This document shows, piece by piece, positions 29,664-38,967 of a stretch of DNA of 64,000 nt. Under the pieces are notes generated by a model. It did not search any database. It worked only from the letters and a program-made list of their open reading frames with translations, and was not told the DNA's origin. Numbering within the stretch: position 1 is the stretch's first letter; every line of letters starts with the position of its first letter. The stretch comes from Rikenellaceae bacterium (lineage in GTDB: Bacteria; Bacteroidota; Bacteroidia; Bacteroidales; Rikenellaceae): assembly GCA_015059875.1 (NCBI GenBank), contig SUZQ01000004.1:13-64012 (forward strand). Reading direction: 5' to 3'. Both the position numbers and the translations under genes were made by a program.

Positions 29664-30560
29664 CTATTTAGCTGATAGACAAGCCAAAGCAATCGAATAC
29701 TTCTTCGACAAGGCTGAATCGCCACGCGATGTCAAGACGCAAGGCTTAGTTGCACCTACAACCATAGCAGCCAACTCGCCACCGCCAATATGCGACACGC
29801 TCTTGAAGAATACATTGCCCGACTCCAAATTAGGGAACAACAAGCAGTCTGCATCGCCTGCAACAGCCGAACCCTTAATCTTCTTATGCTCTGCAACCTC
29901 CTTATAGAGGGCAATATCGAGCGACAACGGACCATCAACAATCACATTGCCAAGCTGACCTCTATCGCCCATCTTCGCAAGAATTGCTGCCTCTGCCATC
30001 GAAGGGATATTTGGATTCACCAACTCCATAGCCGAGATGCAAGCAATCTTCGGAGTCTTAATTTCGAGTGTATTTGCAACCTGTGCAAGATATTTAATAA
30101 GTACTTGCTTGGTCTTCAAATCTGGCAATGGCAACACCGCAATATCCGATGCAAGAAGCAACTTGTGGTAGCCTGCCCACTCAAATACTGACACATGGCT
30201 CAAAGTACCCTTTGGCGGGAGAAGTCCCTCCTTGATAATGCCACGCATATAGACATCGGTCGACACCAAGCCCTTCATCAACACATCGGCCTCACCCGAT
30301 GCGGTAGCCTTAACAGCAGCCGAAACCGCTTTTGCTGGGCTCTTTTCATCCACAATTACGAATACCGACGCATCAATACCCAACTCTGCACAGGTCTTTT
30401 CGATAACCTCCTTGTCGCCAAAGAGAGTAGCCTCTACGATGCCATCCTTGTAAGCATCGTAAACCGCCTCAATAGTGTGAGAATCCTGACCATATGCGAC
30501 TGCCAAACGCTTGCGACCACGCGCACGAGCAGCATCTACTATTTCTGATAAATGTTTCAT
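29664..30560 (-). CDS. Phosphate acyltransferase, PTA/PTB family (Ptb-like)
   Basis: ADVLMKG, VDGPLSLD, GDADCLLFPNLESGN, LTSRGD. Confidence 0.88.
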   Translation of the reverse strand: MKHLSEIVDAARARGRKRLAVAYGQDSHTIEAVYDAYKDGIVEATLFGDKEVIEKTCAELGIDASVFVIVDEKSPAKAVSAAVKATASGEADVLMKGLVSTDVYMRGIIKEGLLPPKGTLSHVSVFEWAGYHKLLLASDIAVLPLPDLKTKQVLIKYLAQVANTLEIKTPKIACISAMELVNPNIPSMAEAAILAKMGDRGQLGNVIVDGPLSLDIALYKEVAEHKKIKGSAVAGDADCLLFPNLESGNVFFKSVSHIGGGELAAMVVGATKPCVLTSRGDSALSKKYSIALACLSAK

Positions 30561-30561
30561 A

Positions 30562-30624
30562 TTTTTAGCTTTTAGCCATTGGCCATTAGCCATTGGCTTT
30601 TAATTCTTAATTCTTAATTCTTAA
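30562..30624 (-). repeat. (AAGAATT)3 plus (GCYAATG)n filling the ackA-ptb spacer
   Basis: Direct reading of the spacer. Confidence 0.85.
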
Positions 30625-31823
30625 TTAATCAATCGATAGGTATCCTGTGCGATAACCAACTCCTCGTTAGTAGCGATTACGGCAACCTTAACGCGCGAAG
30701 CATCTGTCGAAATGATAGTATCCGTACCACGAGTTACATCGTTGACAGCATCATTCAACTCAACGCCCATGAACTCCATGTTGTGCGATACCCAACGACG
30801 CAAGTCAGCCGAGTTCTCGCCAACACCGCCAGTGAAGATAATCAAGTCGCAACCGCCCATCAACGCAGCATACTTACCAACATACTGCTTTACGCGGTCG
30901 TAGTACATATCGCGAGCGAGAATTGCGCGCTCGTTTCCTGCGTCGTATGCAGCATCAATATCACGCATATCGCTCGACACACCCGACACAGCCTCGACAC
31001 CCGACTTCTTGTTGATCATTGTGTTAATGGTAGCGAAGTCCATACCCTCATGCTCAGCGATGTAGAGAACTGCGCTTGGATCAACATCTCCACAACGAGT
31101 ACCCATCATCAAACCATCAACAGGCGAGAAGCCCATCGAAGTGCAATATGATTTACCATTCAACACAGCCGTTACCGAGCCGCCATTACCGACATGGCAG
31201 GTGATAATCTTCGAGTTCTCGAGATCAAGACCACACAACTCCGCACCACGCTTTGCAACAAACTTGTGGCTTGTTCCGTGGAAGCCATAACGACGCACGC
31301 GATACTTATCGTAATACTCCATAGGGAGTGCATACAAGTAGTTTCGAGCAGGGATGGACTGGTGGAACGAGGTGTCAAAAACCGCAACCTGCGGAACAGA
31401 AGGCAACACCTTCTCAATCGAGAGAATACCCTCCAAGTTTGCAGGGTTGTGCAATGGAGCGATTGCGAACAACGAGCGAATCTTCTCCTTAGCCTCCTCA
31501 GTCACGACGCAACTATCAGCGAAGAACTCGCCACCGTGCGCAACGCGATGACCAACAGCCTTCACCTCGTCAAGCGATGCGATAACACCATGCTCAGCAT
31601 GAGTCAAAGCCTCCAACACAAGACGGATACCCTCTGTGTGGTTAGAAATTGGCTGATGGAGATGGTAATTCTCCTTGCCTACTGGCTTGTGTACCAAATC
31701 TCCCTCTGGCAAACCAATACGATCTACAATACCTTTTGCGAGCAATTTGTGAGCAGCAGCCTCGACATCGAGCACTTGATACTTAATCGACGAGCTACCG
31801 CAATTCAATACTAAAATAACCAT
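30621..31823 (-). CDS. ackA: Acetate kinase
   Basis: LVLNCGSSSIKY, GHRVAHGG, APLHN, YGFHGTSH, FTGGVGEN; -7 box at 31862-31869. Confidence 0.97.
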   Translation of the reverse strand: MVILVLNCGSSSIKYQVLDVEAAAHKLLAKGIVDRIGLPEGDLVHKPVGKENYHLHQPISNHTEGIRLVLEALTHAEHGVIASLDEVKAVGHRVAHGGEFFADSCVVTEEAKEKIRSLFAIAPLHNPANLEGILSIEKVLPSVPQVAVFDTSFHQSIPARNYLYALPMEYYDKYRVRRYGFHGTSHKFVAKRGAELCGLDLENSKIITCHVGNGGSVTAVLNGKSYCTSMGFSPVDGLMMGTRCGDVDPSAVLYIAEHEGMDFATINTMINKKSGVEAVSGVSSDMRDIDAAYDAGNERAILARDMYYDRVKQYVGKYAALMGGCDLIIFTGGVGENSADLRRWVSHNMEFMGVELNDAVNDVTRGTDTIISTDASRVKVAVIATNEELVIAQDTYRLIN

Positions 31824-31927
31824 TTTTATACTTTTTTTATGATTTGTTTGCGTTATTGCTACAAAGATAGTAAAAATCTTCGATTCGGGGATAACAAATA
31901 TCACTTTTTTGCTATATTTGCAGTGTT

Positions 31928-32815
31928 ATGAAGAGATTTATTTCATTATTGACTCTATTTATTGCGATTTGTGCAGTTGCAATTGCCAAGCCATACTCTA
32001 TTAGAGAAATTCCGAATGTGCAACTCGCAGACCGCCATCGTTACACCTCAAACCCCGATGGCATTCTCTCGACTGAGGCTGTTCAAGCGATAGACATCGC
32101 ATGCGATTCGCTACGCACAAAGGGTGTTGCGCAGGTGGCAGTTGTGGCAGTAAACGACATCGCATCCGACGATGTTTTCACATTTGCCCACGAACTATTT
32201 TCGAGTTGGGGTGTTGGTTCAGATAAATCCGATAACGGATTGGGAATCATTCTTGTACTCGACAAGCGAGAAATTCGATTTGTGACGGGTTACGGTTTGG
32301 AAGGCACACTTTCCGACGCTATCTGCAAACGCATTCAGCAACGCTATATGGTCGGGCCTCTTGGCGCAGGCAACTACGACAAAGGTATGGTCGATGGCAT
32401 TGCAGCAGTGTCTACCCTACTCTCATCGGGCGAACTGCCTACAACCAATGAAGATGACTTGACCGAAGGGGAAATTATCGCTCTTTTCGGAGCAATGTTT
32501 GCCTTTTTTGCACTGTTAGTTTTATTGGTATTTTTCATATACCGCGCAGCGCACAAATGTCCGAAGTGCGGAAAACATCACATAAAGCACACCAACAGCC
32601 AAATCGTGAAGAATACTCGCACCCTTCAACTTATAGATCAAACATTCGTTTGCCCCAACTGCGGACACTCGTTCGTAAAGCGCGTGCGACACGAGAAAGC
32701 GCCAGTAGTTATTGTTGGCGGAGGTGGCAGTCGTGGCGGATTCGGCGGCGGAGGCTTTGGTGGTGGCTTCGGCGGAGGAAGTTTCGGTGGCGGAGGCGCA
32801 GGGTCGAGGTTTTGA
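31928..32815 (+). CDS. TPM domain membrane protein with zinc ribbon and Gly-rich tail
   Basis: WGVG...DNG, TGYGLEG.L.D; TM; CPKC/CPNC; GGGFGGG tail; -7 box at 31913-31920. Confidence 0.9.
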   Translation: MKRFISLLTLFIAICAVAIAKPYSIREIPNVQLADRHRYTSNPDGILSTEAVQAIDIACDSLRTKGVAQVAVVAVNDIASDDVFTFAHELFSSWGVGSDKSDNGLGIILVLDKREIRFVTGYGLEGTLSDAICKRIQQRYMVGPLGAGNYDKGMVDGIAAVSTLLSSGELPTTNEDDLTEGEIIALFGAMFAFFALLVLLVFFIYRAAHKCPKCGKHHIKHTNSQIVKNTRTLQLIDQTFVCPNCGHSFVKRVRHEKAPVVIVGGGGSRGGFGGGGFGGGFGGGSFGGGGAGSRF

Positions 32816-32822
32816 CAAACCA

Positions 32823-32890
32823 AATTGAGAATTGAGAATTAAAGGTATATTTATTTTAATTAACAGCTAATGGCTAATGGCTAAAAGCAA
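32823..32890 (+). repeat. (GAGAATT)n-linker-(GCTAATG)n spacer
   Basis: Direct reading. Confidence 0.8.
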
Positions 32891-32903
32891 AAATAACAGA
32901 ACT

Positions 32904-33464
32904 ATGAAAAAGACAATTTGGATTATTGTAGCTGCATTGGTGGTTATCGTATGCGGCTATTGTTGGACAACTTACAACACATTGGCAAAGCTCGGACAGG
33001 GCGTAGAGACCGCTTGGGCAGATGTTGAGACACAGTATCAGCGTCGTGCAGACCTTATCCCTAACCTCGTTTCGACCGTAAAAGGTTACGCAAAGCACGA
33101 GCAGGAGACACTCGACCAGGTGGTAGAGGCTCGCGCAAAAGCGTTGGCAGGTGGCGCAAATGTCGAGGAGTATGCTGCTGCACAGCAGCAGGTTACAACG
33201 GCTCTCGGTCGCTTGATTGCTATTTCGGAAAACTATCCCGACCTCAAAGCAAATCAGAACTTCTTGGAGTTGCAAGCGCAGTTGGAGGGAACAGAAAACC
33301 GTATCGCCGTTGCCCGCAACAAGTACAACGAGGTGGTAAAGATTTACAACACCAAGACCGTAACCTTCCCATCGAACTTAATTGCCAAGATGTTCGGCTT
33401 CGAGAAGAAGCAACTCTTTGCCGCAGCCGCAGGCGCAGAGAAAGCACCGGAGGTGGCTTTCTAA
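32904..33464 (+). CDS. lemA: LemA family protein
   Basis: QYQRRADLIPNLV, ENYPDLKA, LEGTENRIAVAR. Confidence 0.95.
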   Translation: MKKTIWIIVAALVVIVCGYCWTTYNTLAKLGQGVETAWADVETQYQRRADLIPNLVSTVKGYAKHEQETLDQVVEARAKALAGGANVEEYAAAQQQVTTALGRLIAISENYPDLKANQNFLELQAQLEGTENRIAVARNKYNEVVKIYNTKTVTFPSNLIAKMFGFEKKQLFAAAAGAEKAPEVAF

Positions 33465-33470
33465 ATTATC

Positions 33471-33589
33471 AGCTTTTAGCCATTAGCCATTAGCTATTGG
33501 CTTTTAGTGAGATTAGAGAATATAGGGAGTTTAGCGATGCGATTCTCCCTATTCTCATTAAATTCTCTAAATCCTTTATACTCGCTACT
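33471..33589. repeat. Inverted heptamer array followed by a palindromic 9-mer array
   Basis: (TAGCCAT)n 33471-33507; TTAGAGAAT-like units then TTCTCTAAA-like units. Confidence 0.7.
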
Positions 33590-33627
33590 GCTGGGTATCG
33601 AAAACGACATATATGGTTGTAGTGGAC

Positions 33628-33666
33628 AAAAGATGCCGAGCAGAAAATTCTGCTCGGCTTCTTTTT
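33628..33666. terminator. Terminator of BspA gene 1 (probably bidirectional)
   Basis: GCCGAGCAGAA-AA-TTCTGCTCGGC with A and T flanks. Confidence 0.85.
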
Positions 33667-33688
33667 CAGACCATTACCATCTGTTATT

Positions 33689-36361
33689 TTAGAAGTTATA
33701 TCCCTGAATCTTATCTGCATAATCTTTCCAGCCTTCGGCAGCCTTATACGCAGGCACTGAGTTAAGAGGAACATAAATGTAGTACTGAACATCCTCCATA
33801 TCATAGAAAATACCATTGCCAGCATCTGGCGGTGTTACCGCTTTGCAATATACACTCTTTAAATTTTTACATGCGTCAACAAATTTTCCTGATATTGTTT
33901 TAAATGTCGAAGGAATTACAATCTCCTCCAAAGTACCGATTCTATTAAAAGGACGATAGGCAGCTTTGGTAACCCCCTCAGGTATTTCATATTTGGTAAC
34001 ACCATAAGCTGCAAAACCATACAATACATTATCTTTTATCAGAGATAGACCATCTTCTGTTGCAAATTTTCCCTTAAATCCTTGAATCATGTTCGGGCCA
34101 GTGATAATACCATCACCGACAAAATCTGTTACACTTTCTGGTATAACAAATACAATAGGATTCTGCGGATAGTTAATACAAAAATACGCCAAACTTGTTA
34201 TACCATCTGGTAGTGCATATTCACCAGCTGGAATATTTTGAGCAACATTTATCAATTTATTGTCAAATATAAAGCAACGATTATCTGAAGACGCATGTTT
34301 TCCGTAAAAATATTCCATGCCCAAACAAGACATAAAAGGTGATAAGCCTACTTCAACCAAGTTGTCTGATAGTGTAACGCTAGTTATCTGTTGGCATGCT
34401 TGAAATGCGTATTTCCCAATTGATTTCAAACTTTGAGGTAAAACTACGCTACCTTTCATTTTTTTACAATTCGAAAACGCTCCTTTACCTATACTTTCTA
34501 TGTTTTTACCAAAATTAACACTTTTTAGTGATGTGCAGCCACCAAATGCATCGTTCCCGATTGTTATCACACTATCAGGAATAGTGATACTGTTCAGCGA
34601 TTCGCAGTATCTAAAACAATCGTTCGGTATTTTTGTGGTTTTCTCAGGGATATTAATCTCTTTTAGCGAACTACACGTCGAGAAACAGTACTCTCCTAAT
34701 GTCTCTACATTTTTTCCAAGTGTTACTCTCTCCAATTTTGCCAAATTGCCAAATGTAGTTCTACCGATTGAGGTTACACTATCAGGAATATCAATTGAGA
34801 TAAGATCATCGCAACAATATGCAAATGCCTGAGATGCGATTGTTGTTACACTGTTTGGAAGAGCAATATATTGGAGGGTATAACCACTTCCTTCGTTTAA
34901 ATCGGCTTTCGAGCCAAACGAGTATTGACCGATAGTTGTAACCTCTCCATCAAACTTGAACACAAAACATCCCTTCTGCCAATCGTAGAGATTTGAAACG
35001 ATATTTGCACCGAAGAGTTCTACATCAGTTTTATTGTTTGCATTTGTTGGAACAAGAGTCTTGCCATCAGTTGAGAGATAGTAAATTTCGTTATTAGCAG
35101 GAACAATCGAAATGCCTTCACTGTACCAACGCTGTGGTACGATAGGGGTATATTCCGATGTACGGTCGTTATTGCCGTCAGAAATCTCCATGCGAAGCGA
35201 TGCTGCCTGCAAGTCTGTATAGAACTCAGCCGACAAATTCTCGCCCGAAACGGCAACGGTTACGATTCCATTCTCTGCATCAGCCTTAAAAGATGTGATA
35301 GGCATATCAACAAACACCAACTCTTCACCTTCGTAGAGTGCCTTAACCTTTACGCACTCTTCCCATTTGATAGACAAACTATTTATTGCGTCTTTAGGTG
35401 CAATCTCATATTTGAGTGTTATAGTTGCCGACTCGGCAGATGTGATGACCTTAACCGCATCGTTACCACTCTCAATAAGCGACACAGACTGAATACGATT
35501 TACAAGGTCGGCTACAGTCTCCTCTAATGCCTCGAGTCGCTTTTCGATATCGTCGAGTCGCGAGTTAATTGTTGCCAATTCGTCATCAATGCGCTGATTT
35601 ACAGCTGCAATCTCCTTGGCAATCTGCTCGTTGATAACACCTGCAAAGTCGTTGATAGCACTCTCGATAGCACTCTTGTACGACTCTTCAACCTCGCTCT
35701 TCAATGTCTCGAGCGATGCCACCAAAGCCTCAATCTCCTTGCGCAAAGACTCGCTCTCCTCGGTCAAAGCAGCCGTCAAAGCGGCAATCTGTGCATCAAC
35801 ATCAGCGATTGTCGCATAGCCAGCCAACTGCTCGTTTACCCACTGCTTCATCGACTCCTCAGAAGCCTCGAGAGCAGCATCAAGAGCCTCAGTCGAAACA
35901 CCGTCAAACTCAGCAAGCATAGCCTTGAGCGTAGCCAACTCAGCGGCAAGAGCGTTGTACTGCTCCATAGTGGCAAAGGTGGCCTCAACCCAATCCTTCA
36001 TCTCGGCGAGGTCACCCTCGGTGTAGCCCTGCAGATTGGCAATCATCTGCTCCAATGCCGCTACGCGCTCTTCAAGAGCAGCAATTACATCCTTAACGCC
36101 GTTGTCGCTACCACGCGTTGCAGACTGCTCACTCGCTTTGAGCGATTCGATTGTCGAGTTCAAAGCTGACTTTACGGTCTCAAGGGTAGCTATAGTTGCG
36201 GTGATATTTGCACCTTGCTCCTCGATTGTGGCAATCTTTGCCGCTTGCTCAGTAGGTGGATTTACTAAATCGTTACCACCATCATTTGCTCCTGCATTGT
36301 CAGTTTGACAACCCATTGCAGTCATTCCAACTGCTGCTAATAATAGAAGAAATTTCTTCAT
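33689..36361 (-). CDS. Surface lipoprotein: long coiled-coil stalk plus BspA-type (LRR_5) repeats
   Basis: Lipobox AMGC; heptad region roughly aa 40-290; IPDSVT.IG..AF..C..L repeats; VYCKAVTPP cap. Confidence 0.85.
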   Translation of the reverse strand: MKKFLLLLAAVGMTAMGCQTDNAGANDGGNDLVNPPTEQAAKIATIEEQGANITATIATLETVKSALNSTIESLKASEQSATRGSDNGVKDVIAALEERVAALEQMIANLQGYTEGDLAEMKDWVEATFATMEQYNALAAELATLKAMLAEFDGVSTEALDAALEASEESMKQWVNEQLAGYATIADVDAQIAALTAALTEESESLRKEIEALVASLETLKSEVEESYKSAIESAINDFAGVINEQIAKEIAAVNQRIDDELATINSRLDDIEKRLEALEETVADLVNRIQSVSLIESGNDAVKVITSAESATITLKYEIAPKDAINSLSIKWEECVKVKALYEGEELVFVDMPITSFKADAENGIVTVAVSGENLSAEFYTDLQAASLRMEISDGNNDRTSEYTPIVPQRWYSEGISIVPANNEIYYLSTDGKTLVPTNANNKTDVELFGANIVSNLYDWQKGCFVFKFDGEVTTIGQYSFGSKADLNEGSGYTLQYIALPNSVTTIASQAFAYCCDDLISIDIPDSVTSIGRTTFGNLAKLERVTLGKNVETLGEYCFSTCSSLKEINIPEKTTKIPNDCFRYCESLNSITIPDSVITIGNDAFGGCTSLKSVNFGKNIESIGKGAFSNCKKMKGSVVLPQSLKSIGKYAFQACQQITSVTLSDNLVEVGLSPFMSCLGMEYFYGKHASSDNRCFIFDNKLINVAQNIPAGEYALPDGITSLAYFCINYPQNPIVFVIPESVTDFVGDGIITGPNMIQGFKGKFATEDGLSLIKDNVLYGFAAYGVTKYEIPEGVTKAAYRPFNRIGTLEEIVIPSTFKTISGKFVDACKNLKSVYCKAVTPPDAGNGIFYDMEDVQYYIYVPLNSVPAYKAAEGWKDYADKIQGYNF

Positions 36362-36416
36362 AGTTGTAATTGTTTTGTTTGCCCACCAACCCCGAATGTG
36401 CGGTTATTATAATAAA

Positions 36417-36619
36417 GAAAGTGTGAGGTTGATTCTCGTTTATCTGACACGAGGCTCTGGAATGCCCTTACAACAAATAAACAATACCCCACACCCGTAT
36501 TCAAGTGTAGGGCAACGAAAGTGCCATAACACCAAATACACGGTGACGAGTGTGTTGCTCTCCTTGTTGTAATGAAATTTTCCAGATTTCGTGTCAAGGA
36601 TAAAAGCTAATACACTTTC
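36417..36619 (-). ncRNA. Candidate structured cis-regulatory leader RNA (long rod hairpin)
   Basis: At least eight nested complementary segment pairs between the promoter and the ATG of the BspA gene. Confidence 0.55.
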
Positions 36620-36652
36620 ATCAAATATGTCTGCAATCCAAGGACTGCGCTA

Positions 36653-36660
36653 CAAATTTA
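36653..36660 (-). promoter_or_regulatory. -7 box (BspA gene 1), implying a ~285-nt leader
   Basis: TAAATTTG on minus strand. Confidence 0.65.
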
Positions 36661-36693
36661 TAAACTTATTTTCGTTTTTTTCATAAATTCCAC

Positions 36694-36748
36694 AAAAAAA
36701 GAGCGAGAAAAATTCTCGCCCTCAATAACTACTCACTACTCTCTACTC
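36694..36748 (-). terminator. fabI terminator preceded by a (GAGTAGW)n heptamer array
   Basis: GAGCGAGAA-AAA-TTCTCGC(C)CTC with A tract; taactactcactactctctactc at 36726-36748. Confidence 0.65.
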
Positions 36749-36749
36749 G

Positions 36750-37577
36750 TTACTCACTGATTTTTCCTTTTCCGTACGCCTCGATTACAGATGGGGAGAT
36801 TGCCATACTCGAGAAGCCACCATCGTGGTAGAGATTCTGCATCGTAACCTTGCGAGTCAAGTCCGAGAAGAGTGTAACTACATAGTCGGCACAATCGTCT
36901 GCCGTGGCGTTGCCAAGTGGCGAAATCTCGTCTGCCATCTCAAACCACTTGCCAAGTCCTGCAATGCCCTGCCCCGCCGTTGTCATTGTCGGCGACTGTG
37001 AAACGGTATTTACGCGCACCTTGCACTTCTTGCCGTAAATCGCTCCGAACGAGCGAGTTATACTCTCCAACAACGCCTTTGCATCAGCCATATCGTTATA
37101 GCCGATAACGGTGCGTTGCGCTGCGATATAGGACAACGACACCACCGAGCCATACTCCGCCATTGCATCTTTCTGATAGAGCGTCCGCAACAGTTTGTGG
37201 AACGACAGAGCCGAAATATCGATTGTCTTTAACATATTTTGGTAGTTGGTATCCTCATAGGGGATATTCTTGCGCACATTTGGCGACATTCCGACAGCGT
37301 GAAGCACGAAGTCAATCTTTCCACCAAAATGCTCCAATGCTGTATCGACCAAGTTTTGTAAATCTTCAACCGAGGTTGCATCGGCAGGAACAACCAATGC
37401 TCCAGTCTGCTCCGCCAACTGATTTATTGTACCCAAACGAATTGATACTGGGGTATTTGTGAGGAGAATCTCTGCGCCCTCCTCCACTGCTCGCTCGGCA
37501 ACTTTCCACGCAATCGATAACTCGTTGAGTGCGCCGAAGATAATACCGCGCTTGCCTTTCAAAAGATTATAAGCCAT
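36750..37577 (-). CDS. fabI: Enoyl-ACP reductase
   Basis: LLKGKRGIIFGA...SIAW, YNDMADAKA, HDGGFS; -7 box at 37603-37610. Confidence 0.95.
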   Translation of the reverse strand: MAYNLLKGKRGIIFGALNELSIAWKVAERAVEEGAEILLTNTPVSIRLGTINQLAEQTGALVVPADATSVEDLQNLVDTALEHFGGKIDFVLHAVGMSPNVRKNIPYEDTNYQNMLKTIDISALSFHKLLRTLYQKDAMAEYGSVVSLSYIAAQRTVIGYNDMADAKALLESITRSFGAIYGKKCKVRVNTVSQSPTMTTAGQGIAGLGKWFEMADEISPLGNATADDCADYVVTLFSDLTRKVTMQNLYHDGGFSSMAISPSVIEAYGKGKISE

Positions 37578-37736
37578 AACCAAAATTTAAGTTATTACGC
37601 GACAAAGATAGAAAAAATTCGTTATTTCAGCCCTTTTTATTACGGTTTTGATGCACAAGCGACAATAATTGTGAAAAATAGATTAACTTTGCGCTCGAAA
37701 GCACGAAATAATAGAAATAAGTATATAATAGCGACT

Positions 37737-38909
37737 ATGAAAAATTTTAACAGCGACTCTTCGTCTGCACTTTCGCGTTTCGCAAAGGATAAGCGTCTGC
37801 GCACCGAACGCACCACAACTTCACGCAGTGAGCGTGCAACTTCGACTCGTTCCGCATCAGCACGACCTGCTGCAACTCGCACCGAGCGTACAAAGCGAGC
37901 ATCGTTCAATCCGAACTTTACCGATGATAATCGTTTGAAGGAGTACGGAAGCGAGAATCGCCGTGGAACAGGAAGAACACAGCGCGGAGCAACAACCGCA
38001 AGCGGCGGAGATCGCAAGCCATTCGCGGGCGGTCGTAATAGAGAGCGAAACTCCTTCGGAAAGAGTGGAAAGAGCAGCGCAAGTCGTTCATTCAGCGGCA
38101 AGAGTGAAGGATTTAAGGGAGGTCGCAAGCCGATGAGCAAGGGTAAGCCTGCAGCCGAGCGCAACTATCCAAAGTACAATCCAAACAAAGTTACAGGCGA
38201 TATTCGTTTGAATCGCTTTGTTGCGCAGTCGGGACTCTGTTCGCGTCGCGAGGCAGATGACTTTATTGCAGCAGGACTTGTTAGCGTCAATGGCGTTATC
38301 GTAACCGAGCTTGGTACAAGAGTAAAGCCTACCGATGTTGTAAAGTTCAATGACGAGCGTTTGCAGGGCGAGAAGAATGTTTACCTCGTATTGAACAAAC
38401 CAAAGGGATATGTAACAACTCTTGAGGATGACCACGCTGAAAAGACCGTTATGGAGTTAGTACAGAACGCCTGCAAGGAGCGCATCTACCCTGTTGGTCG
38501 TCTTGATAAGAACTCTCTCGGATTGCTACTATTTACTAACGACGGAGATATAACTCGACAACTCACGCACCCATCATTGCGTAAGAAAAAGATATACGAA
38601 GTAACTTTAGATAAAGCACTTACTCGCGCTGACTTTGAGCAGCTTGCTGAGGGCATTACACTCGAAGATGGAGATATCTATTTCGACGAAATTTCATATA
38701 TCAAGGATGACAAGAAATCGGTTGGTGTAGAGATTCACTCAGGTCGAAATCGTATCGTGCGCCGTATGTTCGAGCATCTCGGTTATAAGGTCACAAAGCT
38801 CGACCGTGTCTACTACGCAGGTTTGACAAAGAAGAACTTAAAGCGCGGAGCATGGCGATTCCTCACATCGGACGAGGTGGCGCGTCTTAAGGCTGGAAGA
38901 TACGAGTAA
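37737..38909 (+). CDS. rRNA pseudouridine synthase (RsuA/RluB/RluF family) with basic N-terminal extension
   Basis: S4 domain RLNRF...CSRREAD; VGRLD catalytic motif; GRNRIVRRMF; -7 box at 37684-37691. Confidence 0.93.
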   Translation: MKNFNSDSSSALSRFAKDKRLRTERTTTSRSERATSTRSASARPAATRTERTKRASFNPNFTDDNRLKEYGSENRRGTGRTQRGATTASGGDRKPFAGGRNRERNSFGKSGKSSASRSFSGKSEGFKGGRKPMSKGKPAAERNYPKYNPNKVTGDIRLNRFVAQSGLCSRREADDFIAAGLVSVNGVIVTELGTRVKPTDVVKFNDERLQGEKNVYLVLNKPKGYVTTLEDDHAEKTVMELVQNACKERIYPVGRLDKNSLGLLLFTNDGDITRQLTHPSLRKKKIYEVTLDKALTRADFEQLAEGITLEDGDIYFDEISYIKDDKKSVGVEIHSGRNRIVRRMFEHLGYKVTKLDRVYYAGLTKKNLKRGAWRFLTSDEVARLKAGRYE

Positions 38910-38936
38910 ATTGAGAATTGAGAATTGATAAATGAC

Positions 38937-38967
38937 AAAAGAGTCAGGATGAAGCCTGGCTCTTTTT
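38937..38967. terminator. Bidirectional terminator, preceded by (GAGAATT)n
   Basis: AAAAGAGTCAGG-ATGAAG-CCTGGCTCTTTT. Confidence 0.8.

Noticed and set aside
32715-32810. GGY-rich tandem repeat
   Set aside because: Encodes the normal Gly-rich tail of TPM-domain proteins
36358-36597. 79-aa ORF in the BspA1 leader as a leader peptide
   Set aside because: TTG start, no recognisable features, and the region is explained by base pairing; its stop overlapping the ATG means it is not fully excluded
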